Assembly (NCBI GenBank): GCA_951406725.2
Contig: OX597824.1
Span: 46,624,001-46,688,000, forward strand
Reading direction: 5' to 3'
From: Octopus vulgaris
Lineage: Eukaryota
Length of the DNA stretch: 64,000 nucleotides
How positions within the stretch are numbered: position 1 is the stretch's first letter; each line of letters begins with the position of its first letter. Made by a program: the position numbers and the translations under genes. Positions 13,130 through 27,908 of this stretch are shown in pieces. The notes under the pieces are model-generated. The model saw only the letters and a program-made list of their open reading frames with translations. It was not told the origin of the DNA and did not search any database.

Positions 13130-13296
13130 GAGTGAGAGAGTAGTACATACCTTCAAAGTGACACTGGGTAAACTATACGAAGCCCAATATACCCATCATG
13201 ACTACTCGTCTGATAAGGGTACACAAGGCACAGCATCACAACTATATGTGCGCGACATAGTTATCTCATATCAAGATAAACAGCACATGACCTTGC
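13129..13296 (-). mobile_element. 555-bp element copy C, 5'-truncated
   Basis: Matches 31023-31195; (AAT)n tail at 13047-13129. Confidence 0.85.
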
Positions 13297-13309
13297 GAGT
13301 ATCGATCCC

Positions 13310-13735
13310 AGTACCTATTTCAGTTTGCTATCAATTTTTTTCGCATCTATTTGTCAAACTACTAAGTTGCCTGCCATAAAGGAATACAAAGATCACTGAT
13401 TTTTCAATCCACCGTAGGCATAAACAGAAACACACCCGTACTCTCTCCCACCCATCTCTTTCTCTCTCACACACGCCTACATACTAACACAAACACACAC
13501 ATACAGACTCACACACACACATACACATAATGTAAATGACTTTACATGAATTCTCCTTAAAATGATACTCTATGTAAATATTTTTTTCCTGCATAGTTTC
13601 CAACTGCCGAATTCCACTCATAAGAGATTGGCCAACACGAGGCTATAAGGCAACGCACTTCCTCAAAGAGCTGCATGGTAGGATCGAACCACAAGACACG
13701 TGACTGCGAAGCGAACTTCTTGACCTTACAGATAA
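13310..13735 (-). mobile_element. Degenerate CORE-like SINE
   Basis: ggatcgaaccacaagacacgtgactgcgaagcgaacttcttgacc (reverse tRNA head) and body similar to 52578-52950. Confidence 0.6.
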
Positions 13736-13938
13736 CATGACAAAACAAATATGTTCATCTGAAAGGTTCCCTCTCTGACTCTCATCAAGTTTCGGTCTGT
13801 GAGGTAGCGTTTTACACTACGAACACTTACGTTATCTTTCTTCATATCAACCATCTTTGCCATTTTGTGTGTGTGTATGTGTGTGTGTGTGTGTGTGCGT
13901 GCGTGCGTGTGCGTGTGTGTATGTGTGTGTGTACGTGC

Positions 13939-13993
<55 letters not shown>

Positions 13994-14356
13994 TGCGTGC
14001 GCGTGTGTGTGTTAGTAAACTTTGTCCACGATAAACGTATCTCTTTTCAACACAGCAGATTAACATTTCTAACCCTAATCTACAGCACATGATTATAATA
14101 CCACCACTAATCGAAATCATATTTTCTTTATTTTTGCTTTAATATCAAAATCACCCACCATCTTTTTCTCGTCACAGACGTCAGGAATTTTATTGGAAAG
14201 TATTAGAAACACACAAGAAGGTCAAATGTTACAGCAGCTTTATCTTTTACAAGAGAAAGTAATCTGAGTGGGTTAATAACAACAATAACAACAGCAACAA
14301 TAACACCAGCAACAATAGCAAAAAGAAATAATGATTTAAATAACAACGAAGACTAC

Positions 14357-14440
<84 letters not shown>

Positions 14441-14529
14441 GTAAAAACAATAAAGGCGTCAACAGTATCATCACTACTGATCTTTAAAATCGTAATCCTA
14501 AGAATCCTAAAAATAACACCCAATTTAAC

Positions 14530-15620
14530 TATAGCAATGGTTTGGTTCTTACCTTCACACAGAGCCAAACAGATGGATTAAAACCCCCGTGAGAGAATAA
14601 AAAGAAAAAAATAGACATTAGGGAAATACTGCAATGTGTTGTGGATAGAGTAATGGTTTGACGTTTAAATTAATATCCAAATTCAGCAACAAAGTAATTT
14701 ATATGTTAATCAAAGTGTATAGTTTTATACATCCATTATGGCTGATCGTGGAAGAGATCGCCACGGAATGCAACATAAAATAGAAAGTGTTAGACAACTG
14801 CAAAGCTTATTTTAGTAGCAGTAGGAAATGCAGATTATGCTTAGCCGATAAAAGAACCATATTGAAGAACTTTCGGCACCCAGATATCTATCTAAGCTAT
14901 AGAAGTGAAATTTTTAGTCTTGGCCCACATGAAGGGAAGTATACTTTATTATACATCCGAATATAACCACCAGTTCTCCATCGATTTTTCCACCACCAAA
15001 ACCTGGGAACCCGACAAAGAATTTAACCAAAACACATACAAACGAGTTCACAGATACCTACGTGCCCTAACATGTGCTCAAATGCGGGGAGATCCGCCCA
15101 ACACCACCCCCGTTTCTCTCAATATACACCTCCACACATACAATAGCCCCACACACATTCGACACCTACAAAAATACTCCAAAGAATTTAACCAAAACAT
15201 AAACAAAACACGCACAAACGAACACATGCACTTATGCGTCCTTTGAGCATCCGCCCAGCAACCTCATTCCCGCTAAAAGCGCTACATACCACTACACGCA
15301 CTCCAACTCTAAACGAATAACGACTTCTAAACCGTACATACATTTCCAGAAAACCTTAGTAACTTTGCAACACCCCAGAAGCCGTTAGTGCCAACGGACA
15401 TAATTCTTGACTTGCTCAGTTTGTTTCGTCTTTTTTTTTATAGCAACCACAACCCAGATGCGTTTTTTCACCTCCGACGAAAGAGAGCCGTCACCATATT
15501 TTTCTTCCACAACTGACAACTCTGAAGAGATCAGGGTTACATAATCAGCCTGTTATCTAACATATCGTTGAACCGCCAGTACAGAACCGATTGATAAGAT
15601 CGACCATAATGGAAGTTTAG
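14530..15620 (+). mobile_element. Penelope-like element 3' remnant
   Basis: AYFSSSRKCRLCLADKRTILKNF...SYRSEIFSLGPHEGKYTL at about 14805-14950 matches the PLE GIY-YIG C-terminus; followed by AC-rich UTR with a ~165-bp duplication and a CTGAAGA motif near 15522. Confidence 0.65.
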
Positions 15621-17499
15621 TATTGTACATTTCGATTGAATATACCCACCTTATTGACAAATATACGAATGGATGTTTTTTTTCTGACTAATAGACTCTT
15701 GCTATATACATATATGTATATAGCATTTACAACAGAACACGCTTTATGTGCGTATTACAAAGCATAACATATAAGAGCAAAGATAGAGATAGGAAACAGA
15801 GTGCCTGTCGGTCAGAGGGTGGCATGTGTCTATATATTACTTTCTACTATTCAGTCATGTGATCTTTATCTTGACAGTGATCGAAGATGTTTGAGTGTGT
15901 GTTGCAGCAACAGCAGCACATATTCATATCCAAGAATAATAATTATCTGTAGGTCGCGCTAAAATTCTAAACAGAATAAAAATGAAATAACAACAAATGT
16001 AAAGGATTCACTTGCCAAAATATATATTGTGAGACTTTTGTTTCTTGATATCTTAGTCATTTGTTCATAATTGTAAACCTCATTCAGTTTAGCCATGTAT
16101 TTCTGTTATAAACCAAGGAAATATCAAATAAAATTTAGTGAAACAAAAAGCAAAAAAAAAAGTTGGGGTGAAATAGATCCACAGTACGAATTCTTGTCGT
16201 GGCCGAGCGATATACACCAGACTTCAAAGAAATAAGGTTCCGAGTTTAATCCCCACTAATGTAGCATTTCAGAAACAGCAACATCTAGGAATCATGACTT
16301 AGGTGGGCTTGGCTCCCTTAACGTGTCAGGAACTAACGAACCGAAACACTTGCTTCATGGGATCTCAATGGGAATTCATCCGCTGAAGATTTCTCCTGCT
16401 GCCCGCTCGCTCCGTTGCGAGTTTCCACTTACTACCATAGAGATTACACGCGTATATTAACAGATTTGAGGAGAAAATGTTCCTAACTGAAGAAATAATG
16501 TAAGATTGCTTCAATAAGGAATAGGAACCAGGTCGCAGATTAAGTTTTCCAGAAGTTTACCGTAGCCATTTCGTATTTGTCACTTATTTATAGCAATATG
16601 TATTTTTGTAACATAAGGCGAAACTGATAGGCTATAAAAGTTTATTCATGTTCTAAATTCACAACCTTTCAAATTGCCTTTTGTTCTTTATATTTTTCCA
16701 GAGTCAATGAAATAAGTAACGGTGATCAAGTATAACACTATGAGAAAACCTTTTTAACAGTGTGCTAAAAGAAAGAAAGCAATACTTATTTCTTTATATT
16801 AGTATAAAATGCTCACATTTATAAACGAGAGCCATTTATGATCGTTGGTGTATAATAAACTTAAATTTTGTTGCCTTGGGAGGTCAATATGCCAATAATA
16901 ATAATACATGTACTGATTCAATATCTCTTCTCTATTCTTAGTCAATTAGTTAAATATCTAACCAACTAACCAATCGATCGTTTGTTTAATGTGTCGGTTA
17001 AACAATCAAGATATTTAACCAATTGACCAACAATAAAGAATTGGCATAGACCCAATCCAGGTGTTATTATTTTTTGCAAAATGACCCTCCCAAGCCACAA
17101 CAAGATTTGTTTCAACACACGAATTCATGTCAATAATCTTGCAAACCAAATACAAAAATAAAGTTAAATTTAAATTTCATCACTTAAGAATTGAAACTGG
17201 GTATTCGGCTCTGGCGAGGCATAATTCTACTCTGCAATACTAGCTACCGAAATTGCAATATACATATATATATTGTATGGATTATAAATTATATATATGT
17301 CAATGTGTGTGTGTGCATTAAAAAATATTTGGGGGATAATTTCTTGATACGTGATAATTTCTTGATACAAATCACATTATTTAAATAATGGTTTTCTTAA
17401 ATTAACAATTATTTAAGTATATAAAAACAAATCAGTTTCCTTCCATCATGACTGTGTTAATCTGTTATAAAAGATTTTTTTGATATAGTTCTCTACTGC

Positions 17500-18800
17500 T
17501 AATTTAAGAAAGCGTTTTGCAAATATAATACGCGCTCGCGTGAGTAACAGAATAATGGAATGTTATGACATTCATATCTTTCCAGGTATGAACTTCGGAT
17601 ATGAAGTAACTACAACAGTTACATACCGAGGAATCGAAACTGAGTCGCATATTTTACGGTGCTTGCTCGGCAATTTACAGAAACATGAATCATTTAGCTG
17701 GATGTCAGGAGCTATGTTAAGGCAATTTCTGCTCAGATATGTATTAATAAACAAGAGCATTCTCTAGAACTGCTATCATATGGTAATCTGCATTTCATAA
17801 TTCCAAGATGGGTGGGTCATGTAATCTAAGTAAGTAATTTATTTTGTTTGTTAGTTTTTCAGTTCTTTTCCATTCATTTGTATTTCATGTTGAAAAAAAT
17901 ACAAAGCAAAAAGAATAAGTAGTAAGAAAAGACTGACAAGAGTCGAATTCGTTTTGAGAAGGTACAAAACAAAGATATGATTCTGGTGAAAGAAGAAGAA
18001 TGGCGTGTTTCTTATCAAGAATGCAAGTAAGTAATCGAGAAGTGCTGTAAACTTCAAATGGCATTGGCAAGCATTTTTATTAGGTGTGGCTTCAATGGAA
18101 CAAAAATAAATTCCCCTTACGATGTTAGATACAAAAAAAAAAAACGATAGAAGGGAGATTCTACATTGTTTTTGTTGCCACAATCAAAGGGCTTAAGTAA
18201 TGTATGTGAAATAAAACAGGTACAAACAAGAATGTAAACAAAAACCTAAAACTGAAGATTTTAACTCAAGAACCTATGAAAATCAATAAAAAGCAAATTG
18301 AATTCGAAGAATGCAGCCCACATTGAATCGTCATACAGAGGTTCTAATGTCTCTAGGATGTTTCTTGGTTAAGTATTTTGCGATTTGAGCTAAATGGTGG
18401 TGATGACGAGTCTCAAAACAAAATGAATTGTTAGAGTATCATAAAAATGGTAGTTAATTTGTGTATCTATGGTGAACAATTCTTGTAGTTTTCAGATCAA
18501 AACACCGTGTCTACACACACAAGTATTTTAATATAAGAATGTTTCAAGTGTGCATATTAATTTAATTCTCCCTTGGTCAGCTTTCGCACAAATCAATAAA
18601 TGTTTTTGCTTATCGATTTCTATAACAGAACAAGAATTTTTTGGTTTAGTTCAGAGTTTTCGTCGCTGAGGAGAGTAAATCAGGTAGAAACACAGTATAT
18701 GATGATACCCTGGTGTTCTGAGCGAAGCCAGGTGCTTCATTGAGAAGTTTCTCTTCCATACAGAAATTCATTGAGAAGCTTCTCTGAGACAAAATATTAC
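17500..18800 (-). mobile_element. Very decayed Penelope-like RT remnant
   Basis: Fragments IAKYLTK, LEPL...FFEF, MLANAI occur in the order expected for a PLE RT; boundaries uncertain. Confidence 0.35.
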
Positions 18801-19429
18801 AGCTATTACCGTTCCAATTTCTTTTTGACGCATTATGTGTATATAGACTGATGTTTAAATTTTGTGGTAGTAAAATTTTCCATCCAATATTGCTTCCGAG
18901 AGGATTTAAAATCAGAATCGGAAGCTAAGAGAACACCTCTCAATTACATAGTTTTCCCTCTGCTTACAGAAATAAGCTGTACTTTTATATGGTATCGTTA
19001 TTTACAGCTGTTCAAAATGAGCCAAAACTATTTAAGTATACGGCATCTGTTGATGGGTTGGCCCTCAACTGGCCAGCTGAAACTCATTTTAGTTTATAAA
19101 TCTGAAATACATTCCGATGTGAGAGGAAATGTAGCAATAAACCACCTACATTAATATACAAAGAAACATTTACAGCAGGAAAATACAGGAAACAGGAAGT
19201 GTGGATGAAATCAATCAGTTCACCTGTATGTTTTACCAGAATGTTTTCGATATAAAGTAAATCATAACTAGATTCCCTACGAATTTCTATGTTGTGGCAT
19301 AATGAAGTGAAAATGTTATAACCATGTGTAGCAACGCATCCAATACATTACTTTATAGTAGATATAGTTGTAAGTGGTGGTGATGGTGGTGATGATGGGG
19401 GTGGTGCTGGTGCTGCTGCTGCTGCTAGA

Positions 19430-19780
19430 TCTCTGTCATTCGACGAGATTCAGTTCTTCTGTGAACTGAATCACCTACTCTGAAATTAACATGCAAGTGG
19501 CTGAATATTCCACAGACACATTTCCCCATTAACATAATTCTCAAGCGGAATCAGCGTGATACGGTGTGCGACAAGGCTGTACCTTTTGAATTACAGGTAC
19601 AATCACCAGTTGGGTCTCTATACTGTTTCCAGTAATTGAATTTCACTCACAAGATATATGTCAACTCGAGGCAATAGAAAATGACATTTGCCAAAGATAG
19701 TATGCAGTGGAATCAAAATCAGAACCTCGTGGTTTCGAAGCAAATTTCCTGATTATTCAGCTATATTGCGCCTACAACTG
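19430..19780 (-). mobile_element. Degenerate SINE fragments (tRNA/CORE-like head at 19640-19780)
   Basis: gcagtggaatcaaaatcagaacctcgtggtttcgaagcaaatttc resembles the reverse head of 52578-52950. Confidence 0.55.
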
Positions 19781-20020
19781 TGAGCATCAAAGTACAATTA
19801 GATGCGTGTTGAAATTGAACGTATTTTGAGCCATCGAATAACACTGACGTGTATCTAACCAACGAGGAAGCCTCTATAGGTTTCCTTGATCTGCTTGATA
19901 TAGTAGCGAAGTTTTTCTTAAACTAAATCCTGACCCCTTAAACAAGTAAGCACACATTGGAAAATATAGGTCTAGATCCCTTGAAGTAAATATTATCTCA
20001 TATGTCGGCATCATCACCAC

Positions 20021-20068
<48 letters not shown>

Positions 20069-22034
20069 TTGTAATAGGTTGGCAAGGTTCCAATCCCCAA
20101 AGTGTAAATTCTTATGAAAATAACAATAGAATAGGGTGCAGCTGTGTGACATAAATTAACATCCACCTAAAGCCTTAAAATATTGGAACCGTTTCAATTA
20201 TTCCAGTTCTTAGTGTTCTTTACTGTATGTTACATCTCTGACGATAACGTGTTTCGATTCTATTCCTTGAACTGTAGTGCAAGAATAGGATTATTTAAGT
20301 GAGAAATGTCAACAATCTCAACCACCCAGCCTTCAGAGTATTACTTTAAGATATCTTATTACTTTATAACGTTCAGGATTGAATTAAAATTCATCTGACA
20401 TTTTTAGTATTATATACCTATTGCAATTAATCTAATTAGACCTTGCCAAATTTTCAACAGTTTTTCGATAATAGATCTATAAAAATCTAATGGAATATAA
20501 GGAACAAAGTGTACAATGACCTGTATTTAACTCATTTTACAAAGAAATACTTATTTGGTGTAATAATGGCTACAGAAATATTTCTCTAGAAATGTTTTCG
20601 GATGTTTCTAAAATAAGAGTTACAATTGCTGGGAATGGAATACCATTCAAATGTTTAAATACTCAACAACAAGGGTCTGTACAATCTTTCTGTATGGTAT
20701 TAGCATCCCTCTTATGTCGACTTCATGTGTTTCCCTTCACAATCAAACTGTGACTTGTGAAATTTAACACGAGTCACATTAATCTATTCTGTACTGTCTT
20801 GTTTCTTTCGGTCATATTATTCACTGTTTGTGACTGAAGATGACTTTTTACCTTTTCTAAGTAATAAATGCTTTAGAAAAATCACAAACTGAACTTTACT
20901 TTCTACTGTTTAAAGTAGGTGAGAATAAAATAATGAACAGATCCCTATATAATCATACTTCACTGCCACATTATATAAACTAATGCCCTGTAGAGACGTA
21001 ATCTATCACTCAGTTTAAACGAACAACCTGATCTTTGGGTGCTTTCAGTGAAGTACACTTTGTTATAAGCATTCGAGCCAAATCTCCGGTCTTGGTGTAA
21101 TTTCCACCCATCCTCCTACAATATGTGATGGGTTCTGCTTTTCTTCTACTGAGTAAATGAGGATCACATAGGTAGACATTATATAAATATTAACTTAGAC
21201 TCTGTAATCACATAGGTAGACATAATATAGACGTAAATTTGTAATGCGTGCTAGAGTAGTACCGTGAGTAGAGTATTATCGTGAAATAATTATATCCACC
21301 CGACTATTATTATTTCACGATAAATATTGGTCCAAAGGCCCTAATTAGGAATTCTAGCTACCGCAAAATTATGTGGGAAAAAGACAAATCATCTTTCTGG
21401 AGTAGGATGCCAGTCTGCCGCAGATAACTTTGCCCAGAAAACTCGAACTTGTTCATAAAAGCTTCTATCTATTTGAAAAATGAAGCTAAATATGATCTAT
21501 CGACTCATATTCCTTTCCGTCATCGCATTTTTGACCTTTCTTTGTGGTTTTAAAGTTCCAAGAATTAAACATTCTATTACCATCTTAACTAATTAATAAA
21601 TTTATATTTAAGTGATCCCCTTGTTTCAGATTCTGATACCTAATGATATCTAGATTTACACATAAGTGATTTGTGGAATCTGTCGGCACATATTCTTTTA
21701 TACTGAACTGTTCGAAAAACAGAAAACAACGGGAAAAGAACGCATGACTTGCCTTTCGTTTACAATAAATGAGTACGTCATTTAAACAAAATCAAGTTAT
21801 CAATCAATTAACATGTTTAATTTAATATTCTGTGAAAATAACTGTTGCTAACATATCTCTAAAATCTAGATGCAATCTGAATATACATGATTTATAGCTA
21901 TAGGATATTATTCTCCCCTTTGTAACAGATAACGTCTGAACTCAACTGACAAACTCATTATTCGTATTCAATTATTCAGGCAACATTCGTCAAAGATTGA
22001 AAATGCATCAACAGATACTCATAGTCGTTGCTCT

Positions 22035-22090
<56 letters not shown>

Positions 22091-22438
22091 TGTTTGTTTT
22101 TTTCTGTTTTTGCATGAATTATTTACAATAGTTAGAAGAGAAGCTAGCTGTGTATTACTGGAGAAGTAGACTGTAGGTGGTAATCGGATATAATTCCATC
22201 AAAACCAAAACGAGAAATGGTACAGGTTAGGAGTACACTATAAAATGGTTTCTCTGTGTAAACGTAGATGTTGTCGGTATAATAATCTGAGCCATACGGC
22301 AGATCGCGCTAAACAAACATTTCACTCAGGTATGTTTACATAAGAACACACACACGCACACACGTACACATTCACACACACACACTCACACACACGCACA
22401 CACGCACACACACACACAATCACACACACACACACAAT

Positions 22439-22518
<80 letters not shown>

Positions 22519-23254
22519 GTTTCTTAATGTTATGAAAATACATCTATTAGTACGTTAAATATATTTTGATAATCTGATCATAGTCATGATGATGATCATC
22601 ATCATCATCATCGTCATTCAAGGAACCTAAGGTTTGTTTTTTGAATGAGAGGAGGCAAAGCAAGGTATGACATTCATGTAATTTTCTCAAGGGTATTGCA
22701 GACATAAAAATAAGAATGAAATAACTTTTTTAGCAAGGGAGTCAAAAGCTTTCCACGGTTTTGGCTGACTGAATGTACTTCAGTATCAAAGTACATCTGT
22801 GTACCCCTTTGAAACGAAAATTAGGGGATAAATCAACAAACAGTTCACGAGGTGGAAATCGTTTATTTGCGGTAGAAAAGAGGTGTGGTCTGGTTTCATA
22901 CTTTATAAAATGATAAAGACTTGGAAACAAAAACTACTTACAGACACGCTCTGCGTGAAAATGTATAGATAAGGTCTGTGCTAACATATCTAATGAGCCA
23001 AAAAATTATAATTAATCAAAAAATTATACACCCGTGTTGAGGAGAATGAATCATTACCATAAATGATCAATCAGTTGTCAAGAAAGGCAACCCTGAAACT
23101 TTTATTGATTAAAATTCATTTAAAATTGAATGCTGACAGTTTTGTGGCAAGTAATTTATGACTTTGACAATGTGGTGACAACTATAAGTATGTTTTAGTC
23201 TTATTAGATCTTTTCAGTAATACTATTATGATCGTTATTTAAAAAAAAAAGAAG

Positions 23255-23720
23255 TAGCGGACTGGCAGAATCATGAAAGTGTCAGAGAAAACGCTCTCCA
23301 GTATTGTTCCAGCTCTTTACGTTCTAAGTTCTAATCCCGCCGGGGTCACGTTTGCCTTTCATCTCACCGAGGTCGATAAAACAAAATACCAGTTAAGTAT
23401 TGGGTTCGATGTAATTTACTAACCTCATCCTTTCAAGATTGCTGGCCTTATACATAAACAAGAACTCATTAAAGCAGTTGTAGGAATGATCAAGAGAACC
23501 ATGAGTTGAACACAATATTTTATACTGAACCCAATATTTTATACTATCAGCGGAGTCGGTCACTGGATTGGTAAAATCGTTAGAACGTCAGACAAGTTAC
23601 CCTGCGATACTTAGTTACAGCCCATCATGTTTTGAGTTCAAGTACTGAGATTGTGTTATCGGCTGTACTCTGCCCGCTACTAAGGTTTGCTTCCTTATAC
23701 CTAAGTTAGAGGTATTTTTC
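23255..23720 (+). mobile_element. Two degenerate tRNA-derived SINE copies
   Basis: ctggcagaatc, gttctaagttctaatcccgcc, gcctttcatc...ggtcgataaa...taccag. Confidence 0.75.
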
Positions 23721-24404
23721 TAGAATTATGTACCGGACGTTTCTTGTATAAATACAAAAGTACCTGCATTATCTTTTAGCAATGAGAGAATATATTTCTC
23801 TTAACGAATTAGAGTGTCTTAACGATTTTAAAAATATTTGAGTGGTGTTATATGGTTGTAATTTAGATGATACCAAAACTACGTTCATTATAATATTCTC
23901 GAACAAAGATAATTCTATGCTTTGAGTGAAGTTTATTGCGTTACTTCCAAGTTTTAGACACGACCTCACTCGACTGATATAGAGTATTCTGACTTTGTAA
24001 AAAGACAACCTAGCCTGTCCTTGAACAGTGATCGCTTGAAAGACGAAAGATCCGAATCTATATTCTGTTTTCGATTCCCAGTGGTAGCAATTTCACTTCA
24101 TTTATGTCTCAAGTGCTTGATACAAACACAAAGGAAACATCATTTCGCATTTCTTCTCCTCTTCATAAATCTGAAACCCGGTATAATTGTAAAGAAAATA
24201 GTCATTTTACGATACGATATTTAGATATACAGTTAATGTAGTTGAATTGAAAATCTGTTTAGGATTGAGACATGTTTACACAGTGTCTTATAAACTAAAA
24301 GTCATACTGAGAAACTCAGACTTCTTTGTTAAACATGCTAAAATTCCTAACCAAACAAACAGCAGATGTTACATCATTAAAGTCCTCACATAATTGTACC
24401 TTGT

Positions 24405-24695
24405 ATATATGTATGTATGTATGTATGTATGTAAGTATGTATGTATGTATGTATGTATGTATGTATGCATGCATGCATGTATGTATGTATGTATGTATGT
24501 ATGTATGTATGTATGTATGTATGTATGTATGCATGCATGCATGCATGCATGTATGTATGTATGTATGTATGTATGTATGTATGTATGTATGTATGTATGC
24601 ATGCATGCATGCATGCATGTATGTATGTATGTATGTATGTATGTATGTATGTATGTATGTATGTATGTACGTACGTACGCACGTACATATGTATG
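24405..24695. repeat. (ATGT)n/(ATGC)n compound tetranucleotide microsatellite
   Basis: Direct inspection; explains six spurious ORFs. Confidence 0.97.
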
Positions 24696-25596
24696 ATTAT
24701 GGTGTAAAACGTTGGATCGTTAAGAGTAGTATGAACAGGATGTTTGAAAACAAAATGTGAAATATTGCTCAAGTTTAGTGTAATAGTTTTTTTTTGTTTG
24801 TTTTTAGTAGAAAAAACGATTCATTCTATAACTATTCTACTAATCTTAGCGCAGACTATGAATGGGTTTCTACTTAAAATTTCACTGATACGAAGAGACA
24901 GACTATATGAAGAAATTGAAACTAAAAATTATATAGATGTTATTAAGACTATGTTTTACTTTAATATACACACCCTAAACAGCCTTAGATTAAAGTACCT
25001 GTATGTATAACATAATGCGTATACAATCGTGGTATGGCATTAGCTGTAATATTATGTCTCAGAGAAACTTATCAAAAATACTTTATGTGTTAAAATACTG
25101 GCATCGCTCAACAAGCCAATGGATTGCCAGACATTGTGTCTAAACCTGACTTGATCTCCCCAGTGACGAAAATCTCGAATGTTTTAAGCCGAGTCGGAAA
25201 TGCTTGCTCCGATATAGAAATCAGTAAGCAAAACAATTGCTGATTTGTGCGTATTTTCCTTACAAATCAATAATTTTCTTTTTATCTGAGGGCTAAAATT
25301 GATCTCAGGTGGTTGAGAGATTGTTGTCTCTGAGATGAAATACAAGTCTTATTTCAAGTTTCCCATCCGCCGAGGAGAATTCAGAGGACAGCATTACAAG
25401 TTAGCGAAATGAACAGAGCTCCATTTCGTTCATTCTGAAGTAACAAAGTTCGAGCGATTAATGTTTAATTTATATTGTTATGGCTTAGTGTTAGAAAAGA
25501 AATTTAGAATGAAGAGAGCTCGATATAGAAAAAGGAACGAACCGAGGAGTTTAATAAGTAATCTGAAGAGCGAGAACGAAAGGAGTGTCGGTAATA

Positions 25597-25812
25597 TTGA
25601 TTTCAAATTTTGGCACAAGACCAGCAGTTTCGGAGGAGGTGGTAAGTCGATTACATCGACCCCAGTGTTCAACTGGTACTTATTTCATCGACCCCAAAAG
25701 GATAAAAGACAAAGTCGACCTCGGCAAAATTTGAACTCAGAACGTATAGACGGACGAAATGACACTAAGCATTCTGGTCGGCGTGTTAACGATTCTACCA
25801 GTTCGCTATCTT
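25597..25812 (-). mobile_element. tRNA-derived SINE (Meta-domain-like family), near full length
   Basis: Full alignment to 31710-31920 in reverse. Confidence 0.9.
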
Positions 25813-26432
25813 AGGGAGTGGATAATATTAAGGTAACAGAAGACTACTCACTACCAGTACATTGTAATGGAACATTTTTACTATGTTTTATGAATACGAC
25901 ACCTTCTGTAATTAAGTTGTAATCCATTCTCCTGGGTAAGTAATACCATGTCGGTGTGCCAACAAGGAAGTGTCAGAATTTCATTATAGAAATATGATAA
26001 TGAAGAAGTGGTGAGTAAAAGGGTGGAGAAACTAAAAGGTAAAGGGTTGGGAGATGCTTAATGTTGAGTCTGCTGCTGAAGAATATTATGATCATGATGA
26101 TAACAGTGATGGCGTAGAATGCTACCGTTGCTGATTGGCTGATGATAATGATGATTGTTGATAGTTAAATGATGGTGGTGGTAGTGGTGGTGGTGGTGGT
26201 GACGATGATGATGACGACGACGGCGACGATGATGATAACGATGATGATGATGATGGCAGCGGTAAGAATTACGTTCTGAGTAGTTTAGCGTTGATTAATA
26301 AATAGCCCGGGAATGATGTTGAAGATTAGCTGTTTAAAGAATTTGAATAATTTACATTCCGACTCCGTAAATTCCTATTAGTAACAAGGATTGGAAAAGA
26401 TACACACACACACACACTGACATCACAAACAG

Positions 26433-26472
<40 letters not shown>

Positions 26473-26722
26473 CACACACACACACACACGTATATATATC
26501 AAATATACAGAGGATTTAGCTCAGGTAGGCGCCTCGTCTGCCTTTTTTGTAATTATGGTTAATTACAATTATAATTATAAATTTTATTCTCTAACTATTT
26601 AACGCTATCATTACTTGCTACCACCTATATTTTTGTTTTTGTTATTATCAATTATTTAAATTTACCGCTGATAATAATATCAATAAAAATGTGTATACAA
26701 ATATTCATTTGAATATTTACTC

Positions 26723-26771
<49 letters not shown>

Positions 26772-26871
26772 AATACACACACAGACACGCATATATAATG
26801 TATAATAGATATATATATATACATATACATATACATACATACATATACATACATACATATACATACATACA

Positions 26872-27013
<142 letters not shown>

Positions 27014-27120
27014 GGGCTTAGTAAAATAAATTACTTTGCCACATATCGCCTTAAATAGGTCCTTTTACATACTGAACACTTGGTGAAATTGATTAATTAA
27101 TTAATTTTACCCTCAATTGT

Positions 27121-27159
<39 letters not shown>

Positions 27160-27162
<3 letters not shown>

Positions 27163-27600
27163 CAAAGTAAAGTTATAAGGTACCGCACGAGTGGAAATAT
27201 ATATGAAAGAACGTTTGAAATGCAATTTTAAAGATGTTTATTCACTTGACAGGTTTCACTTTTTTAGAAATAGATTGTCAAAAGTAAAATGTAAAGCTTT
27301 GTATGAACTTTTTTGTGTTAAGTACTGGTTATCACAAAAGTATTAAAATAAAGATATACATTATTTGATAATAATAAGAAAATGTTAAAAGCAGTTTACA
27401 AGAAAGTATTTAAGAATGTGATCAGAACGGGACTCCAAAAAGTATTTTGAATTCAATAAATATCATGTTGTTTTGGTAGTATATATATATACAAAGAAGG
27501 AGATGTTTTTCAGAATCTACAAAAAATTGTAGAGAAATAACTGACCTGTCTTTCTGACATTTTCTCTTGTGTGTGGCTAAGGAATATTTGCTATTTTAAG
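27160..27600 (-). mobile_element. Putative Penelope pLTR fragment containing a U3:A8 hammerhead motif
   Basis: Hammerhead-like motif at 27241-27287; starts at an (AT)n tract. Confidence 0.5.
27241..27287 (-). ncRNA. Minimal type I hammerhead ribozyme-like motif (U3:A8 variant)
   Basis: ttactt-TTGACAA-tctatttctaaaaaagt-GAAAC-ct-GTC-aagtga; 6-bp stem I, weak stem II. Confidence 0.55.
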
Positions 27601-27816
27601 GGAGAGTGTGGGAGGTTGGTTGGGTGGGGAGAAGGAAGAGCAATGTAGAATCAAAAGGATTTTTTTTGTTTCTGGCTTAGTCTGTCATGGTTCAGTGGTT
27701 TTTTGGACTGGTCTTAGAGGTCAGAATGGTGTGAGTGCGTGTGTGTGTTTCTCTTTCTGCACGTCTCTATGTGTGTGTGTGTATATATACATGTGCTTGT
27801 GTTTTATATTTGGTAG

Positions 27817-27908
<92 letters not shown>

